Source: an uncultured Gammaproteobacteria bacterium (GTDB lineage: Bacteria; Patescibacteriota; Microgenomatia; CAYXHB01; CAZYTL01). Taken from it: a stretch of 64,000 nucleotides of DNA. Shown piece by piece: positions 1 to 10,038 of this stretch. The stretch lies in the NCBI GenBank assembly GCA_964650355.1, contig CAZYTL010000004.1:67912-131911 (forward strand), read 5' to 3'. Within the stretch, counting starts at the first letter, position 1; each line of letters opens with the position of its first letter. A model generated the notes under the pieces. It did not search any database and had not been told where the DNA came from. It saw only the letters and a program-made list of their open reading frames with translations. Position numbers and translations under genes: made by a program.

Positions 1-3000
1 GTAACCTCCGCTTATAAGTCACCCCATCAGCCATTTTTTGCCTGGTACGCGGAATCCACACTTTCCAGTGCGCCGGCTTTCCTGAAATCAGTTTCTCATT
101 CTCAACTATCCCTCGACCATTAATATTTACCGGCACCAGTTTCTGGATGTCTCCCTCTTCAGGCCAATACAAGGGCACAAAAACCCTTCCACCCAATACC
201 GGGCTCTCATATTTATCCGGAGTGATCACTCCTTTATCTTTCAATAAATTTAAATTTCGCCAGCTTAACTTCCCCAATATCTGACGCTGTTCTCTCACTG
301 GCAAAAACTCTAATGACCTAAACACTTGACTTAACAATTCCAAACTCTCTTCCCCCAACCCGTATTCCATCAAATACTCGAGCGTCTTTTTCCCATCAAC
401 TTTCCTTCCTTTCATCTCCTTCCAAAACACCTTCCCTTCATCTCCTGTCAGACTGGCTAAACTCTTTCCCAATTCCAACGGAATAGAACCTAACCCCACC
501 CACTCTTCATCCGGATTTAAACCCCTACGCCTCAAATAATCCCTGGCTAACTGGTCGTGTTTCAAACATAACCTTCCAACATCCATAATCGCTCTCATGG
601 CCGCAATCCGATTAGAAGTGGGCGTTGCATACTCATTTACTTCAGCCCCTCTGGCTAACGGCACCTTGATCCTCTCCCTCAATCCAGCAGGTAACATAAT
701 CCACACGTCACAACGTCCTCGACACTTTATTCCTGCTGATTCAGGATAAAAGGTTGCCGCCTCCGTATCTCGATTATCATGGTTAGGAAGAGGACAATAC
801 ACATTTCCCTGGACATTACCTTCTTTAATTAAATCCATTAATTCTGCCAAATGCCAAGTGTCTAACTCTCCTTCATCAATTGCTTGCGCCGCTTCTCTCA
901 ACCAATCTTCTTTTAATACCCACCAACCGTTCAACACATCAGGTTCACAGACCACCGGCTTGCCAGGGACCCTCTTCACTTCTCTTCCGTCCGGATCTAC
1001 TAAATAATCCATGTCATTAATCCTTTCGACCCGTCTCAACTCCACATCAGCATCTCTAACCCTTGACCAGATATTTTCTTCATATGCCTCTCTCACCCGC
1101 TCCGGATCTGCTGCCACCCCTACCATCGTCCTATCAGTAGCCACGCGTCCCGTAACAAAAATCTCATCTCCTTTCAGAGTAAACTTTCCTCTTCTATCTA
1201 CTGCTAGCCTCAGGGAACCACCTTTCAAGCCGTCCAACCACACCACCTTCACTTCTTCTTGCACAAACTCGACTGCATCACTTACTTTCACCTCTCCTTT
1301 TGCCAATTGTTCGGCTAACACATCTAACTTTAAATAATCTCTATCTAAACTTCTTTCACACCAACCGGCACCTATCTCTGGTAACGCCTCTTTCACTTCT
1401 TCTAAAATCTTCACATGTTGTTCAGCTACTTGCGTTAACAACCGTAATGCCTTCAACACCGCTCTTTCATTCTCCGTCTGCATCACTTTTAACCGTCGCT
1501 CAATTATCTCTTGTCCCCACTTAATTAATCTTTCTCTTTCGCAAGGAATCTTTACTTCATGATCTACCCTTCCATCCGGGAATCGATACCAAATTACCCC
1601 CTTAAGCCTGCTTTGATCCTCTTCTCCAGCCTCAGGCCTTACAAAACCATGATCCAAAGCAAAATCGGCCACTTGTTCCACGGTCACCGGAAACTTTTCA
1701 TCTTTATTCCAATCAGCGTTTTTGGACCACTCATCCACTCTACATAACTGTACCAACATCCAAAACATATACTCTTCCACCTGTTTAATATGCTTATCAA
1801 CCGGCACACTCTCCCGACTCAACACCGCTTCAAGAGGTCCATCCCCTACAGCGAACTTATGATCTCCGATTCTAATTTCCATCTCGTCAGACACCGGCTT
1901 TCCCAGCCTCCGCGATTCTCTTAAAAATGAACCAGCAGTCTTAGGTAACCGGGTTTTCGTTTCTTTAGACTTTCCCTCCTCATCTACTTCTGATCTTCTA
2001 TATCTGACCATTTGCGATCCAAATAACCCCGAAATATGTTTCATAACTGTTTGCAAGTCCAATCCATAATGATCTCCTTGGGGAAACCCTACCTCAATTG
2101 CGTCCATCACTCCCCCCGTAAAAGCCACCTCTACCGATTCGCCATTTAAATTCACTGTCATCCAAATCTGATCCCCCAACTTCAACTCTGTCAAAACCCC
2201 CTTGTTACTATCTCTCACTCTCTCTCCGCTTCTGCAGATTTCTTCTGCCACACATAACCAATTTATAGCCGCCAATCCGTTTAATCCCTCAGGATCAATT
2301 TTCGCGTCAAATCCTTCCCGAGTGGTCTCCTCTATCAAGCTCATTGCTCCTCCCGGGCCTGCAATTATATGCCCTAGTTCAACTATCTGCGTCAAAATAC
2401 TCTGTCCATCATTATCGGCTATCACCTTTCCCATCTCGTAAGGTTTCTCTGGCAACCTCTCTAATCCTAAATCTCTACATCTTAATCCCAATCTTCCCAT
2501 CCTTTCCTTCAATTGTCGGTTTGCCCAAGTCTCAATTTCTTCTCCTTTCTCTGGTCCGAAAATGGGCGCTCCTAACTCTACTCTCAGACTAGGCCGGTGG
2601 TTATCTTCTTTCACCACCACCTCTTCTCTCCATTCCTCGCCCAGTCCCAATTGTCTGACTTCACCCCCATTTCCTCCGTTGATCCGATCTTGAAATACCG
2701 CTCCAACTACCAGACCAGACTGATCTTTTACTAATTCCACGCTATAATCAGACATCGGCTCACCTTCTAACCACCGACTCACTATCTCGTGTCCAGCCTT
2801 ACCCATCGCCAACACTGTTGGCTGGTTATCATTACGCTTCACTCGTTCTCCCCTCTGCCTAGCTTTTAATTCCCTTATCAGTCGACTAACTCCAGATTTT
2901 TTCGGTAAACGGGTCTGCTCCATCCTCAACAACTGGGCTAACTCTATTATTCCGTGCCTCAGAACCGCCTCCTGCTCTTGGCTTGGAACGGTCTGCATTC

Positions 3001-3211
3001 TGCCGACTAAATCTTCCAAAATTTCAGCTTTTCTTCCTCTCACCCCAGACCAAGGATCATCCTCCCCATCTTCTAACGCCCGCATTACCTGCCCTCCTAC
3101 CCATTCCAGTACATCCTGCTGGCCACCTCTAGCCAACACCGCCAATTGCTTATCCAGTACCGGCATCAAATCCCCAAACGGTTCCATTTCCCCACTCACC
3201 ATATTCACCAT
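1..3211 (-). CDS. Large hypothetical protein, partial: N-terminal >1060 aa in window, C-terminus beyond the window start
   Basis: Manual reverse-complement translation from the ATG at 3211 gives an uninterrupted open frame to position 1; a stop lies immediately upstream of that ATG. It is absent from the ORF track because no stop codon falls inside the window. The C-rich plus strand matches minus-strand coding. No catalytic motif recognised. Confidence 0.7.
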   Translation of the reverse strand, partial: MVNMVSGEMEPFGDLMPVLDKQLAVLARGGQQDVLEWVGGQVMRALEDGEDDPWSGVRGRKAEILEDLVGRMQTVPSQEQEAVLRHGIIELAQLLRMEQTRLPKKSGVSRLIRELKARQRGERVKRNDNQPTVLAMGKAGHEIVSRWLEGEPMSDYSVELVKDQSGLVVGAVFQDRINGGNGGEVRQLGLGEEWREEVVVKEDNHRPSLRVELGAPIFGPEKGEEIETWANRQLKERMGRLGLRCRDLGLERLPEKPYEMGKVIADNDGQSILTQIVELGHIIAGPGGAMSLIEETTREGFDAKIDPEGLNGLAAINWLCVAEEICRSGERVRDSNKGVLTELKLGDQIWMTVNLNGESVEVAFTGGVMDAIEVGFPQGDHYGLDLQTVMKHISGLFGSQMVRYRRSEVDEEGKSKETKTRLPKTAGSFLRESRRLGKPVSDEMEIRIGDHKFAVGDGPLEAVLSRESVPVDKHIKQVEEYMFWMLVQLCRVDEWSKNADWNKDEKFPVTVEQVADFALDHGFVRPEAGEEDQSRLKGVIWYRFPDGRVDHEVKIPCERERLIKWGQEIIERRLKVMQTENERAVLKALRLLTQVAEQHVKILEEVKEALPEIGAGWCERSLDRDYLKLDVLAEQLAKGEVKVSDAVEFVQEEVKVVWLDGLKGGSLRLAVDRRGKFTLKGDEIFVTGRVATDRTMVGVAADPERVREAYEENIWSRVRDADVELRRVERINDMDYLVDPDGREVKRVPGKPVVCEPDVLNGWWVLKEDWLREAAQAIDEGELDTWHLAELMDLIKEGNVQGNVYCPLPNHDNRDTEAATFYPESAGIKCRGRCDVWIMLPAGLRERIKVPLARGAEVNEYATPTSNRIAAMRAIMDVGRLCLKHDQLARDYLRRRGLNPDEEWVGLGSIPLELGKSLASLTGDEGKVFWKEMKGRKVDGKKTLEYLMEYGLGEESLELLSQVFRSLEFLPVREQRQILGKLSWRNLNLLKDKGVITPDKYESPVLGGRVFVPLYWPEEGDIQKLVPVNINGRGIVENEKLISGKPAHWKVWIPRTRQKMADGVTYKRRL

Positions 3212-3388
3212 TCATGTCAGGGGCAGCATCTCCAAGAGACTCAACGAGATAAAAAGTTACTCCATCATACCTTAAAGCCTATAGGGGAAAAAGAGGTAAA
3301 ATATCTTGAATTTATGCCCATAACTGACCATCCCTCCTCAAATTATCATCCCCCTCACCATCGCTTTCCTTAAACCCCCACCCACTCT

Positions 3389-3415
3389 CCATAGCACACT
3401 AGTCTTGTGCTATGG
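3389..3415. promoter_or_regulatory. Perfect inverted repeat CCATAGCACA-N7-TGTGCTATGG, a candidate operator in a divergent promoter region
   Basis: Read directly: a 10-bp perfect palindromic arm with a 7-nt spacer, between the start of the large minus-strand gene (3211) and the plus-strand gene at 3518. Confidence 0.45.
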
Positions 3416-3517
3416 TAAAAATAGATTTACCAAAACCTTACCTTTTAACAGATTCCTAAACATTATTAATAACTAAATTTCAAATTCACTAATTAACTCC
3501 ATCTCCCCATTTCCCTT

Positions 3518-5302
3518 ATGCCTAAAAATTCACCAGAATTTCCGTTGAGCACGATCACTCGAGGGTGGAAGGCAAAAACCGAAACCACGTACTTCAACGG
3601 AGAATTACGGCCTGAACTGGCTCATCAAGTTTTCCCAGTAAGAAATATTATCGGTCCGCCCGGCAAACCTCGTATATTTACCCTCGATCTTCCTCCCAGC
3701 TTTGAACGCGGTCCCCTCGCCAACTTCCAACCGGCAGATATTAAAGCCTGGATTCCACCAGATCATTCCGATCAAGAACGTTTTCCCCATGCTCCCTATT
3801 ATCCCAATATAGTGTACGAACATCATGCTGCCTCAGTCGAATTTGCTGTAGAAAGATGCGAATTTGTTCACCCCATCAGATTCTCATCAGTCTATCCCAA
3901 CGGTTTTGAAGCCCTAGATCCAGCCCAAGCAACTTTTGCCCACCAAATTACTCAGTCACTTATAGAAGGAGGTCATACTCAAGACGAGCAACCCAATCCC
4001 GATACCGACCTGATTTTCTATTTTGATCAAATTCCTCAAACCGGTGGAGATCTTTTAGCGAGAATGCCCGAAACTCCCAAGGCCATTCTCCGTCAAATTA
4101 GTAATCAATATATGAGAGAAGAAGGCAATCATCAATCTAAATATATTGGTAGTACTGTTGGTGTTATTACTGTACCAGAAGACCTAAGCCAATACACCCA
4201 TGAAAAAATGCAAGACATTATTTGGGGCACCATGGCCAAACGCGGAGCTTTAAAATTCATTTTCATCTCTACTGACGCCCAGGGCAACGCTAAGAATTAT
4301 ACCTATGCCACCATGGAACCTGGACATCCGCTATTTGATCCTCGTTATCCCCAAGCAATCACCGCCCTCCGTAACGCTATGGTTGTTCACGCTTGTACCA
4401 CCCAGAGCGAACGAGCTCTAGTTACCAGAAACCACCTCACTCAAGAACAATTTCTCAACTGTCCCACCATCGACCACCTGATTAACTTCGGCCGCCAATG
4501 GGGGGAACGAAAAACAATGGACTTACCCATTGGAATTGGTAAATACCAAGTATCTACACGACGAGAAAACGAATCACAAGCCATCCTTGGTTGGACAGGT
4601 CAATCTCCAGGTGCTATGGCTGCGAGAGCTCCGCTGCTTGACGAATTTCTTCCCGGAGGGCGAGCTTACATAATTACCGCCACAGGCCGTGACGAAACTG
4701 ATAAAACCAACATGGCTGCAATGAAGGGCGACCTAATTACAGTCAACTTAGTTGAAGGCAAGACTCATGCCTATGGTGTTGAAGGTATCCCTTTAAAAGA
4801 AACTTCAGTTGAAGCAACAGAACTAGTTGCCGTCATGGAGAATTCCCCTGATGTCACTCTTACGCAAACACCAGACGGACTAAAATTAGATCCCCAAGGA
4901 AAAATAAAATCCAAATTCATTCGTGCGGTACTCCACATCCATTTTGCCGTTGAAGAAATTCTCCCCTATATTATAAATGGTCAAGCATTTCAAGTTATCG
5001 AGCACATCCCCACCAATTGGGAAGAGTTTCAATTTCCCTTAGGTTGCGGCAAGCATGAAATGGAAGCGTTTACCACAGACCTCGCCAGCCGCGCAGGTAG
5101 GATAGCAACCGCTGCATATGGAATCGCTTATTTACCCAACCACGGCTTGCATATTTTCTGTTATAACCGACCACTACCTGGCACTGACATTATTCCCGAA
5201 GACCCGACAGAAGCATTACAATGGCTCGAACAACAAGGCTTTATTAAACTTACCAAAGAGATACCTCAAATACCCAACAAATCAACTCACTTCAAATCAT
5301 AA
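3518..5302 (+). CDS. Hypothetical protein, 594 aa
   Basis: Long ORF in an intergenic-bounded position; no recognised motif. Confidence 0.6.
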   Translation: MPKNSPEFPLSTITRGWKAKTETTYFNGELRPELAHQVFPVRNIIGPPGKPRIFTLDLPPSFERGPLANFQPADIKAWIPPDHSDQERFPHAPYYPNIVYEHHAASVEFAVERCEFVHPIRFSSVYPNGFEALDPAQATFAHQITQSLIEGGHTQDEQPNPDTDLIFYFDQIPQTGGDLLARMPETPKAILRQISNQYMREEGNHQSKYIGSTVGVITVPEDLSQYTHEKMQDIIWGTMAKRGALKFIFISTDAQGNAKNYTYATMEPGHPLFDPRYPQAITALRNAMVVHACTTQSERALVTRNHLTQEQFLNCPTIDHLINFGRQWGERKTMDLPIGIGKYQVSTRRENESQAILGWTGQSPGAMAARAPLLDEFLPGGRAYIITATGRDETDKTNMAAMKGDLITVNLVEGKTHAYGVEGIPLKETSVEATELVAVMENSPDVTLTQTPDGLKLDPQGKIKSKFIRAVLHIHFAVEEILPYIINGQAFQVIEHIPTNWEEFQFPLGCGKHEMEAFTTDLASRAGRIATAAYGIAYLPNHGLHIFCYNRPLPGTDIIPEDPTEALQWLEQQGFIKLTKEIPQIPNKSTHFKS

Positions 5303-5508
5303 CCCTTCACCCTTTCGACCGTCTTCTCTACCTGACCTCTTAAAAAGCTATACACTGCGACACTACTCTCTCCCTTGTTCTCCCGTGAAATCCTTCAAAA
5401 TCTCCTCATTCAGTTGCCCATGGCTAATCAATTTAGCCACTGAAACAGCGCACCACCATTTTCTCACCAAGAGTATAATAACTCCCTATAAAATTTTCCC
5501 TTTTTCCG

Positions 5509-6489
5509 ATGAACCGTCTACCCGAATTCCTCTTATTCCACCCCGGTGCCGGCAACGGCCAAGCAGAACAGATTGCCCGACAAGCTTCCGAACAAATGGG
5601 CGCTCCCGCCCAAAATCTCCAACATATCATCTCTGCACCTGAAAATTTTTTTGACAACACCCCGCCAGATGCTATCTTCTATGTGCTTTCCGGAGACGGA
5701 GGAGTCAGATTCACTCTTGAGAATATCACTCCCTGTCAAAAAATTGTCCCCATGCCATTTTCCGGCAGCGTTCGCGTTTTTAGTCGCACATCCGAATGGC
5801 TGCCTTCTCACCTCTCCCCCCTTGAGATTGTCAGCGCTGTCAGAAATGGCCAGTGTGAAACTCGGATTCTTCATCCCCTCCAGATAACCTCTCCTCGCTC
5901 CACCGATCAACCTTCTCTCGACCACCCAACTTATGCCTGGTGGTTAGCCGGCAGTTGTTATAGTGCATCTTTACTTAATGGCATCGAAAAATATCGCGAA
6001 TACCTTCCTCGTCCCCCCTTACTTCATCAGGCTCTTGCGGCCCTTAAAACCACTGCGGAAATTCTCCACAATAATCAGGCTTGGGTCACCGCCATTTTCA
6101 ATGGACACGAGGTTACAGCCAAGGGCTTTGATGTCAACCGCAGAGAAGTTCCTTACCTTGCCCACATCCGACTCCCATCTGACTCCGATTATCTGATAGT
6201 CACCGGATCACAGGACCAAATCTCCCAGGACGGCCTCTACCGCTATTGTTGTCGGCTCCTCCTTGACTACGTTTCCGCTCAAGTTGGTGCTCCTCCTTCC
6301 GCAGGCTCCTTCCAATTCCACCCCTTACCTGAAGGCCAGACAGTTATGATCGCCAACCCTCTGGAACTTCCCTATCATCTCGACTCTGTTCCTCAGCCAG
6401 GCGGGCCATTCCTTCACATCAACAACCAACCGCGCGATCCCCTCTCTCCTCATATCCGACGCCTGTTAATCTATCAACCCTCGGCTTAA
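5509..6489 (+). CDS. DAG-kinase catalytic / ATP-NAD-kinase-fold protein (putative), 326 aa
   Basis: N-terminal LLFHPGAGNG and SGDGG resemble the NPxAGxG and GGDGT motifs of the DAGK_cat/NAD-kinase fold, but are non-canonical. Confidence 0.45.
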   Translation: MNRLPEFLLFHPGAGNGQAEQIARQASEQMGAPAQNLQHIISAPENFFDNTPPDAIFYVLSGDGGVRFTLENITPCQKIVPMPFSGSVRVFSRTSEWLPSHLSPLEIVSAVRNGQCETRILHPLQITSPRSTDQPSLDHPTYAWWLAGSCYSASLLNGIEKYREYLPRPPLLHQALAALKTTAEILHNNQAWVTAIFNGHEVTAKGFDVNRREVPYLAHIRLPSDSDYLIVTGSQDQISQDGLYRYCCRLLLDYVSAQVGAPPSAGSFQFHPLPEGQTVMIANPLELPYHLDSVPQPGGPFLHINNQPRDPLSPHIRRLLIYQPSA

Positions 6490-6496
6490 GCATCAC

Positions 6497-7006
6497 TCAC
6501 CCGTCTCTCTCTTCCGGCCAGGTTCCCATCACCTGTCGCAAGATCCCCAATTCCCCGGTATGATATGCCGTATGATCTGCCACAATCAATACTTCCCTCA
6601 CCAGAGTATGCTGCTTATTTGGATCATTCATCACCGGTGCCCACAAATCCGTTTGCTCGTCCTCCACCAGCTTGATTAAGACCGCCAAATCATCTTCATA
6701 ACCCTGCAACGTCTCTTTCCACATTTGCTCATCCGCTTCCATATCTTGGGCGGGCCAATAATCATCCGGCCATTTCATTTCCTCATAATTCTCATCCACC
6801 ACATAATCCAAAATATCTTTCTGAGTTCTGCGGATATGCTCTACCAAATGCCAACAGGAATAAGACACCTGGGGCGGCTCTTCATTAATCCTGTCCATGG
6901 GAAAATCCTTTACCGCTGCTTCCAAAGGCATATGCGCTCCTCTACCTTTCAACAACTCCACCAATCGGTTCCTTAATAGTCGATCACCAGTTTGTTTCTT
7001 CGCCAT
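6497..7006 (-). CDS. DinB/YfiT-like (DinB_2) metal-dependent hydrolase-like protein
   Basis: About 170 aa with His-containing helices (HxxxH...HTAYHTGE) typical of the DinB_2 four-helix bundle family. Confidence 0.6.
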   Translation of the reverse strand: MAKKQTGDRLLRNRLVELLKGRGAHMPLEAAVKDFPMDRINEEPPQVSYSCWHLVEHIRRTQKDILDYVVDENYEEMKWPDDYWPAQDMEADEQMWKETLQGYEDDLAVLIKLVEDEQTDLWAPVMNDPNKQHTLVREVLIVADHTAYHTGELGILRQVMGTWPEERDG

Positions 7007-7069
7007 ACTTATTTTATTTTAACAGCATAAAAATGAAAAAACCCTGAACCTTGAATGAATCCAATTCTC

Positions 7070-7324
7070 CTAACTTTTCCATCCCACCAGCATCTCTTTT
7101 GCTTCCTGATCATTCAATTTTTTCACCACGATTCCCATTTGTACCATCACCCAATCACCCACCTTCACTCCTTCTTCTCCCACCATTGCCCCTCGAGCCT
7201 CAACATTCTCCTTATCTTTCTCATCCGAACTCCTGACTCTTGACTCTTGAATCTTGAATCTATACTCGATCATTGCCTTCCGTCCTTCAATTTTTTTAAT
7301 CTTGCCGGGAATTGCTAAACACAT
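7070..7324 (-). CDS. hypC: [NiFe] hydrogenase assembly chaperone HypC/HybG
   Basis: N-terminal MCLAIPGKI, the HypC hallmark (Cys2). About 84 aa, longer than usual because of an internal low-complexity insertion FKIQESRVRSSDEKDK encoded by heptamer repeats. Confidence 0.85.
   Translation of the reverse strand: MCLAIPGKIKKIEGRKAMIEYRFKIQESRVRSSDEKDKENVEARGAMVGEEGVKVGDWVMVQMGIVVKKLNDQEAKEMLVGWKS
7234..7261. repeat. Heptanucleotide tandem repeat (TGACTCT x2, TGAATCT x2) inside hypC
   Basis: Read directly. Confidence 0.8.
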
Positions 7325-7330
7325 AAAATA

Positions 7331-7384
7331 GTTTCAAGTTTCCCCCCAGGGGGCTTCTTCAGGGTAAATTCCAGTTTCGAGTTT
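7331..7384. promoter_or_regulatory. Two 14-bp direct repeats, AGTTTCAAGTTTCC and AGTTTCGAGTTTCC, in the divergent hypC / hydrogenase-subunit promoter region
   Basis: Read directly; 13 of 14 positions identical, about 40 bp apart. Confidence 0.35.
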
Positions 7385-7493
7385 CCTATTTATTTGATAG
7401 TATAAATATATCCTAATTAATTTTCATCCGTAACCGCTAACCGAAACGCCTGTCTGCCTTTGGCGGAGGCGTCGTCATCGTCATAATCTAACT

Positions 7494-7982
7494 ATGACCG
7501 AACAAAAAAAACTCGTCATCGGCTGGTTCTCTTTCACCTGCTGCGAAGACAGTACCATCGTCTTTTCCGAACTCCTTAACCAGCACCTGGACGAATGGAA
7601 AAACCTGGTCGAATTCCGTCACGCCAAAGTCCTCAAAACCCATAACGAGCTTAAAGACCTGGACGTAGCCTTTATCGAAGGCGCCATTTCTTCCGATTCC
7701 CAAGCTGAAGAAGTTAAGAGAATCAGAGATAACTCCAAGTACGTGGTAGCCATCGGTGCCTGCGCCTGTACCGGTCGTCCCTCAGCCAGCCGCAATGACT
7801 TCACGGACCAGGATATCACTGAAAAAATTCAGTGGTATTTCGATCACTTCGACTATTCCCAAAAAGTTCGCAAATTGGATGAAGTCATCAAAGTCGACGA
7901 TCAAGTCGACGGCTGCCCCATGAATGTCAATAAATTCCTTGAAATAGTGAATAAATACCTAAAGGAATTTAAAATAACTTAA
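7494..7982 (+). CDS. [NiFe] hydrogenase small (delta-like) subunit, NuoB-fold
   Basis: 162 aa immediately upstream of the large subunit. GACACTG and DGCP motifs typical of the group-3 small subunit C-terminal cluster. The N-terminal motif is atypical (FTCCED instead of CxGC). Confidence 0.65.
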   Translation: MTEQKKLVIGWFSFTCCEDSTIVFSELLNQHLDEWKNLVEFRHAKVLKTHNELKDLDVAFIEGAISSDSQAEEVKRIRDNSKYVVAIGACACTGRPSASRNDFTDQDITEKIQWYFDHFDYSQKVRKLDEVIKVDDQVDGCPMNVNKFLEIVNKYLKEFKIT

Positions 7983-8014
7983 AGAAAAATCTCCTACTAA
8001 AGATTTACAATCTT

Positions 8015-9319
8015 ATGCACCAAGAACCAATCACTCTCGACTCCATCACCAAAATCGAAGGCAACGCCAAACTCGAAGTCCAAATCCAAGACCACCAACT
8101 GGTAGATCTGAAATTCATCATCAACGACTACCGCCGCTTCTATACCCAAGCCATCAAAGGCAAACCCATGCTCACCGCTCCCTCATTTCTTTCCCGCATC
8201 TGCGGCACTTGCTCCGTCGCCCATCTCTTCTGTTCCATAGAAGCCGTGGAAAAATCCCAAAACATTAAAATTACCGACCAAACCAAACTCCTACGCCGCC
8301 TGGCGTATAACTCTCTCATGATCCGCGATCATGCCCTCCACCTTTATTTCTTTGTCCTGCCCGACGTCTTGGGCCTTGACTCCATCCTGGACATTCCCGA
8401 CGATCCTAACGACCTCGGCCACACTTTATTGCATGACTCTTTTGCCATCAAACAACTGGGCACCGATCTGTCTACCGCCATTATTGGCGCTGCCGTCCAT
8501 GCCCCCTTACCCACCGTGGGCGGCTTTTTCAAACTCCCTGACCCTTCCCAATTTCCCGCCTTTATCGATCGTCTACAAGCCATCCGTCCACAGGTTCTCC
8601 GCTGCATCAAACTCTTCTATGACTGGAAAGAAGAATTCAAACGCAACACCGATTACCTTTGCTTAAGAAACTCAGATCATTGGGATTTCCTCGAAGGCCA
8701 GGTCATCAACTCCAATGGCTTAAAAGTCCCCGAGGAACAATTCCACGACTTTCTCACCCAAGTAGTCATCCCCTATTCCCAGGCAGAAGGCTACAAATTC
8801 ACTGACACCCACGAAGACTATTTCGTCGGTGCCCTAGCCAGAATCAACCTCAATCAGGACCTTCTTCACCCCCGGACCCAAAAAGATATCGAACCCTACC
8901 TCAACTTTTTCCCTTCAGACAACATTCATGACAACGATCTCGCTCAGGCTATCGAAATCCTTCACGCTGTCGACGACTCCATTGACATCCTTCAAAACTT
9001 ACACCTCAACTCCGACGAAAAACCCATTCGCCAGCCTCCTCAAGCCGGCACTGGAGTAGGTGTTGTCGAGGCTCCCCGCGGCATTCTCTATCATCTAGCC
9101 CAAGTTAATGACAAAGGCATCATCACCGACTACGACGTCATCGTCCCCACGGCCCAAAACCAAATCAACATCGAAAACGACCTTAAAAAATACTTTTCCG
9201 CACACCACTCAGAAGACAAAAACACCGTCCAACTCCAGGCTGAAAAAATCATTCGTGCTTACGACCCTTGCATGTCCTGCGCCACCAACTTCCTCAAAAT
9301 TGAATGGATCAAAAAATAA
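8015..9319 (+). CDS. [NiFe] hydrogenase large (alpha) subunit, group 3-like
   Basis: N-terminal RICGTCSVAH (L1 Ni-binding motif) and C-terminal DPCMSCATN (L5 motif) followed by a short extension of the kind cleaved by the maturation protease. Confidence 0.9.
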   Translation: MHQEPITLDSITKIEGNAKLEVQIQDHQLVDLKFIINDYRRFYTQAIKGKPMLTAPSFLSRICGTCSVAHLFCSIEAVEKSQNIKITDQTKLLRRLAYNSLMIRDHALHLYFFVLPDVLGLDSILDIPDDPNDLGHTLLHDSFAIKQLGTDLSTAIIGAAVHAPLPTVGGFFKLPDPSQFPAFIDRLQAIRPQVLRCIKLFYDWKEEFKRNTDYLCLRNSDHWDFLEGQVINSNGLKVPEEQFHDFLTQVVIPYSQAEGYKFTDTHEDYFVGALARINLNQDLLHPRTQKDIEPYLNFFPSDNIHDNDLAQAIEILHAVDDSIDILQNLHLNSDEKPIRQPPQAGTGVGVVEAPRGILYHLAQVNDKGIITDYDVIVPTAQNQINIENDLKKYFSAHHSEDKNTVQLQAEKIIRAYDPCMSCATNFLKIEWIKK

Positions 9320-9582
9320 ACCCAAAAAGTTTGACTCACTCAATCTCTCTTTGACCAGGCCTTATATCAATCACAGGAATTCTCTTGATTCCTTGTCGTC
9401 CATTTACTACCCTTCTTCTTTGATCCGAGTCTTCGGCATCTATCTTCTGTCCAATTTTTTCAGCCAAAAGCACAAATACCCTTACTGTCGTAGGGTCTTC
9501 AAACCAAGGTGTTTCTAAACGAACAGTCATAAAACTCCACCTCCGTCCACTTTTTAGAATAAACACTATTATAGGCTATAAA

Positions 9583-9978
9583 TTAATCTCTGTCAAGATT
9601 CTTTCCACTTAATAAGTCAGCAATTCGCTCAGCGAAATTTGTCTCCCACCCCATCGGTATCCCGACAATCTTCACCTTCCCCAACTTGCCCAACTTCCGC
9701 AAATACCGAATCTGAAATCCTAAATCATAATCATGCACCGTACTCCTCTGAGACAAAACCAACTTATCCACATCTCTTTCGCTAAATAAAATCACCTTAT
9801 CAATTCCTTCCACCACATCCATCACCACCACCTCATCCTCCTCAGCAAACGGCAAATCCTCATTGGGATTCACAAACACTAACTCCATATTCTTAACCTT
9901 TCCTTCCAACTCCTTCGCCACTTTTATGGCCGCATTATCCATCTCCACATCCGGATTCCCAAACACATAAACTTTCAT
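9583..9978 (-). CDS. Hydrogenase maturation endopeptidase (HycI/HoxW family)
   Basis: 131 aa; N-terminal MKVYVFGNPDVEMDNAAIKVA resembles the VLGIGNxxxxDDGxG start of hydrogenase maturation proteases. Adjacent to the large subunit. Confidence 0.7.
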   Translation of the reverse strand: MKVYVFGNPDVEMDNAAIKVAKELEGKVKNMELVFVNPNEDLPFAEEDEVVVMDVVEGIDKVILFSERDVDKLVLSQRSTVHDYDLGFQIRYLRKLGKLGKVKIVGIPMGWETNFAERIADLLSGKNLDRD

Positions 9979-9996
9979 CTCCTCATTTTATATCCA

Positions 9997-10038
9997 AATA
10001 CTTGATACTTGATACCCAATGCTTAATCCATGATACTA
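9997..10038. repeat. Heptanucleotide tandem repeat (ATACTTG x2, then degenerate units)
   Basis: Read directly; lies in the divergent region between the protease gene and the next ORF. Confidence 0.8.

Noticed and set aside
1011-3373. Six short plus-strand ORFs (60-108 aa) in the first 3.3 kb
   Set aside because: They lie antisense within a continuous >1060-aa minus-strand reading frame, and their proteins are low-complexity S/T/L/P-rich as expected for shadow ORFs of a C-rich strand.
9336-9566. 76-aa minus-strand ORF between the hydrogenase large subunit and protease genes
   Set aside because: It has no motif, no clear RBS and an ambiguous start. It could be a small protein but the support is insufficient.
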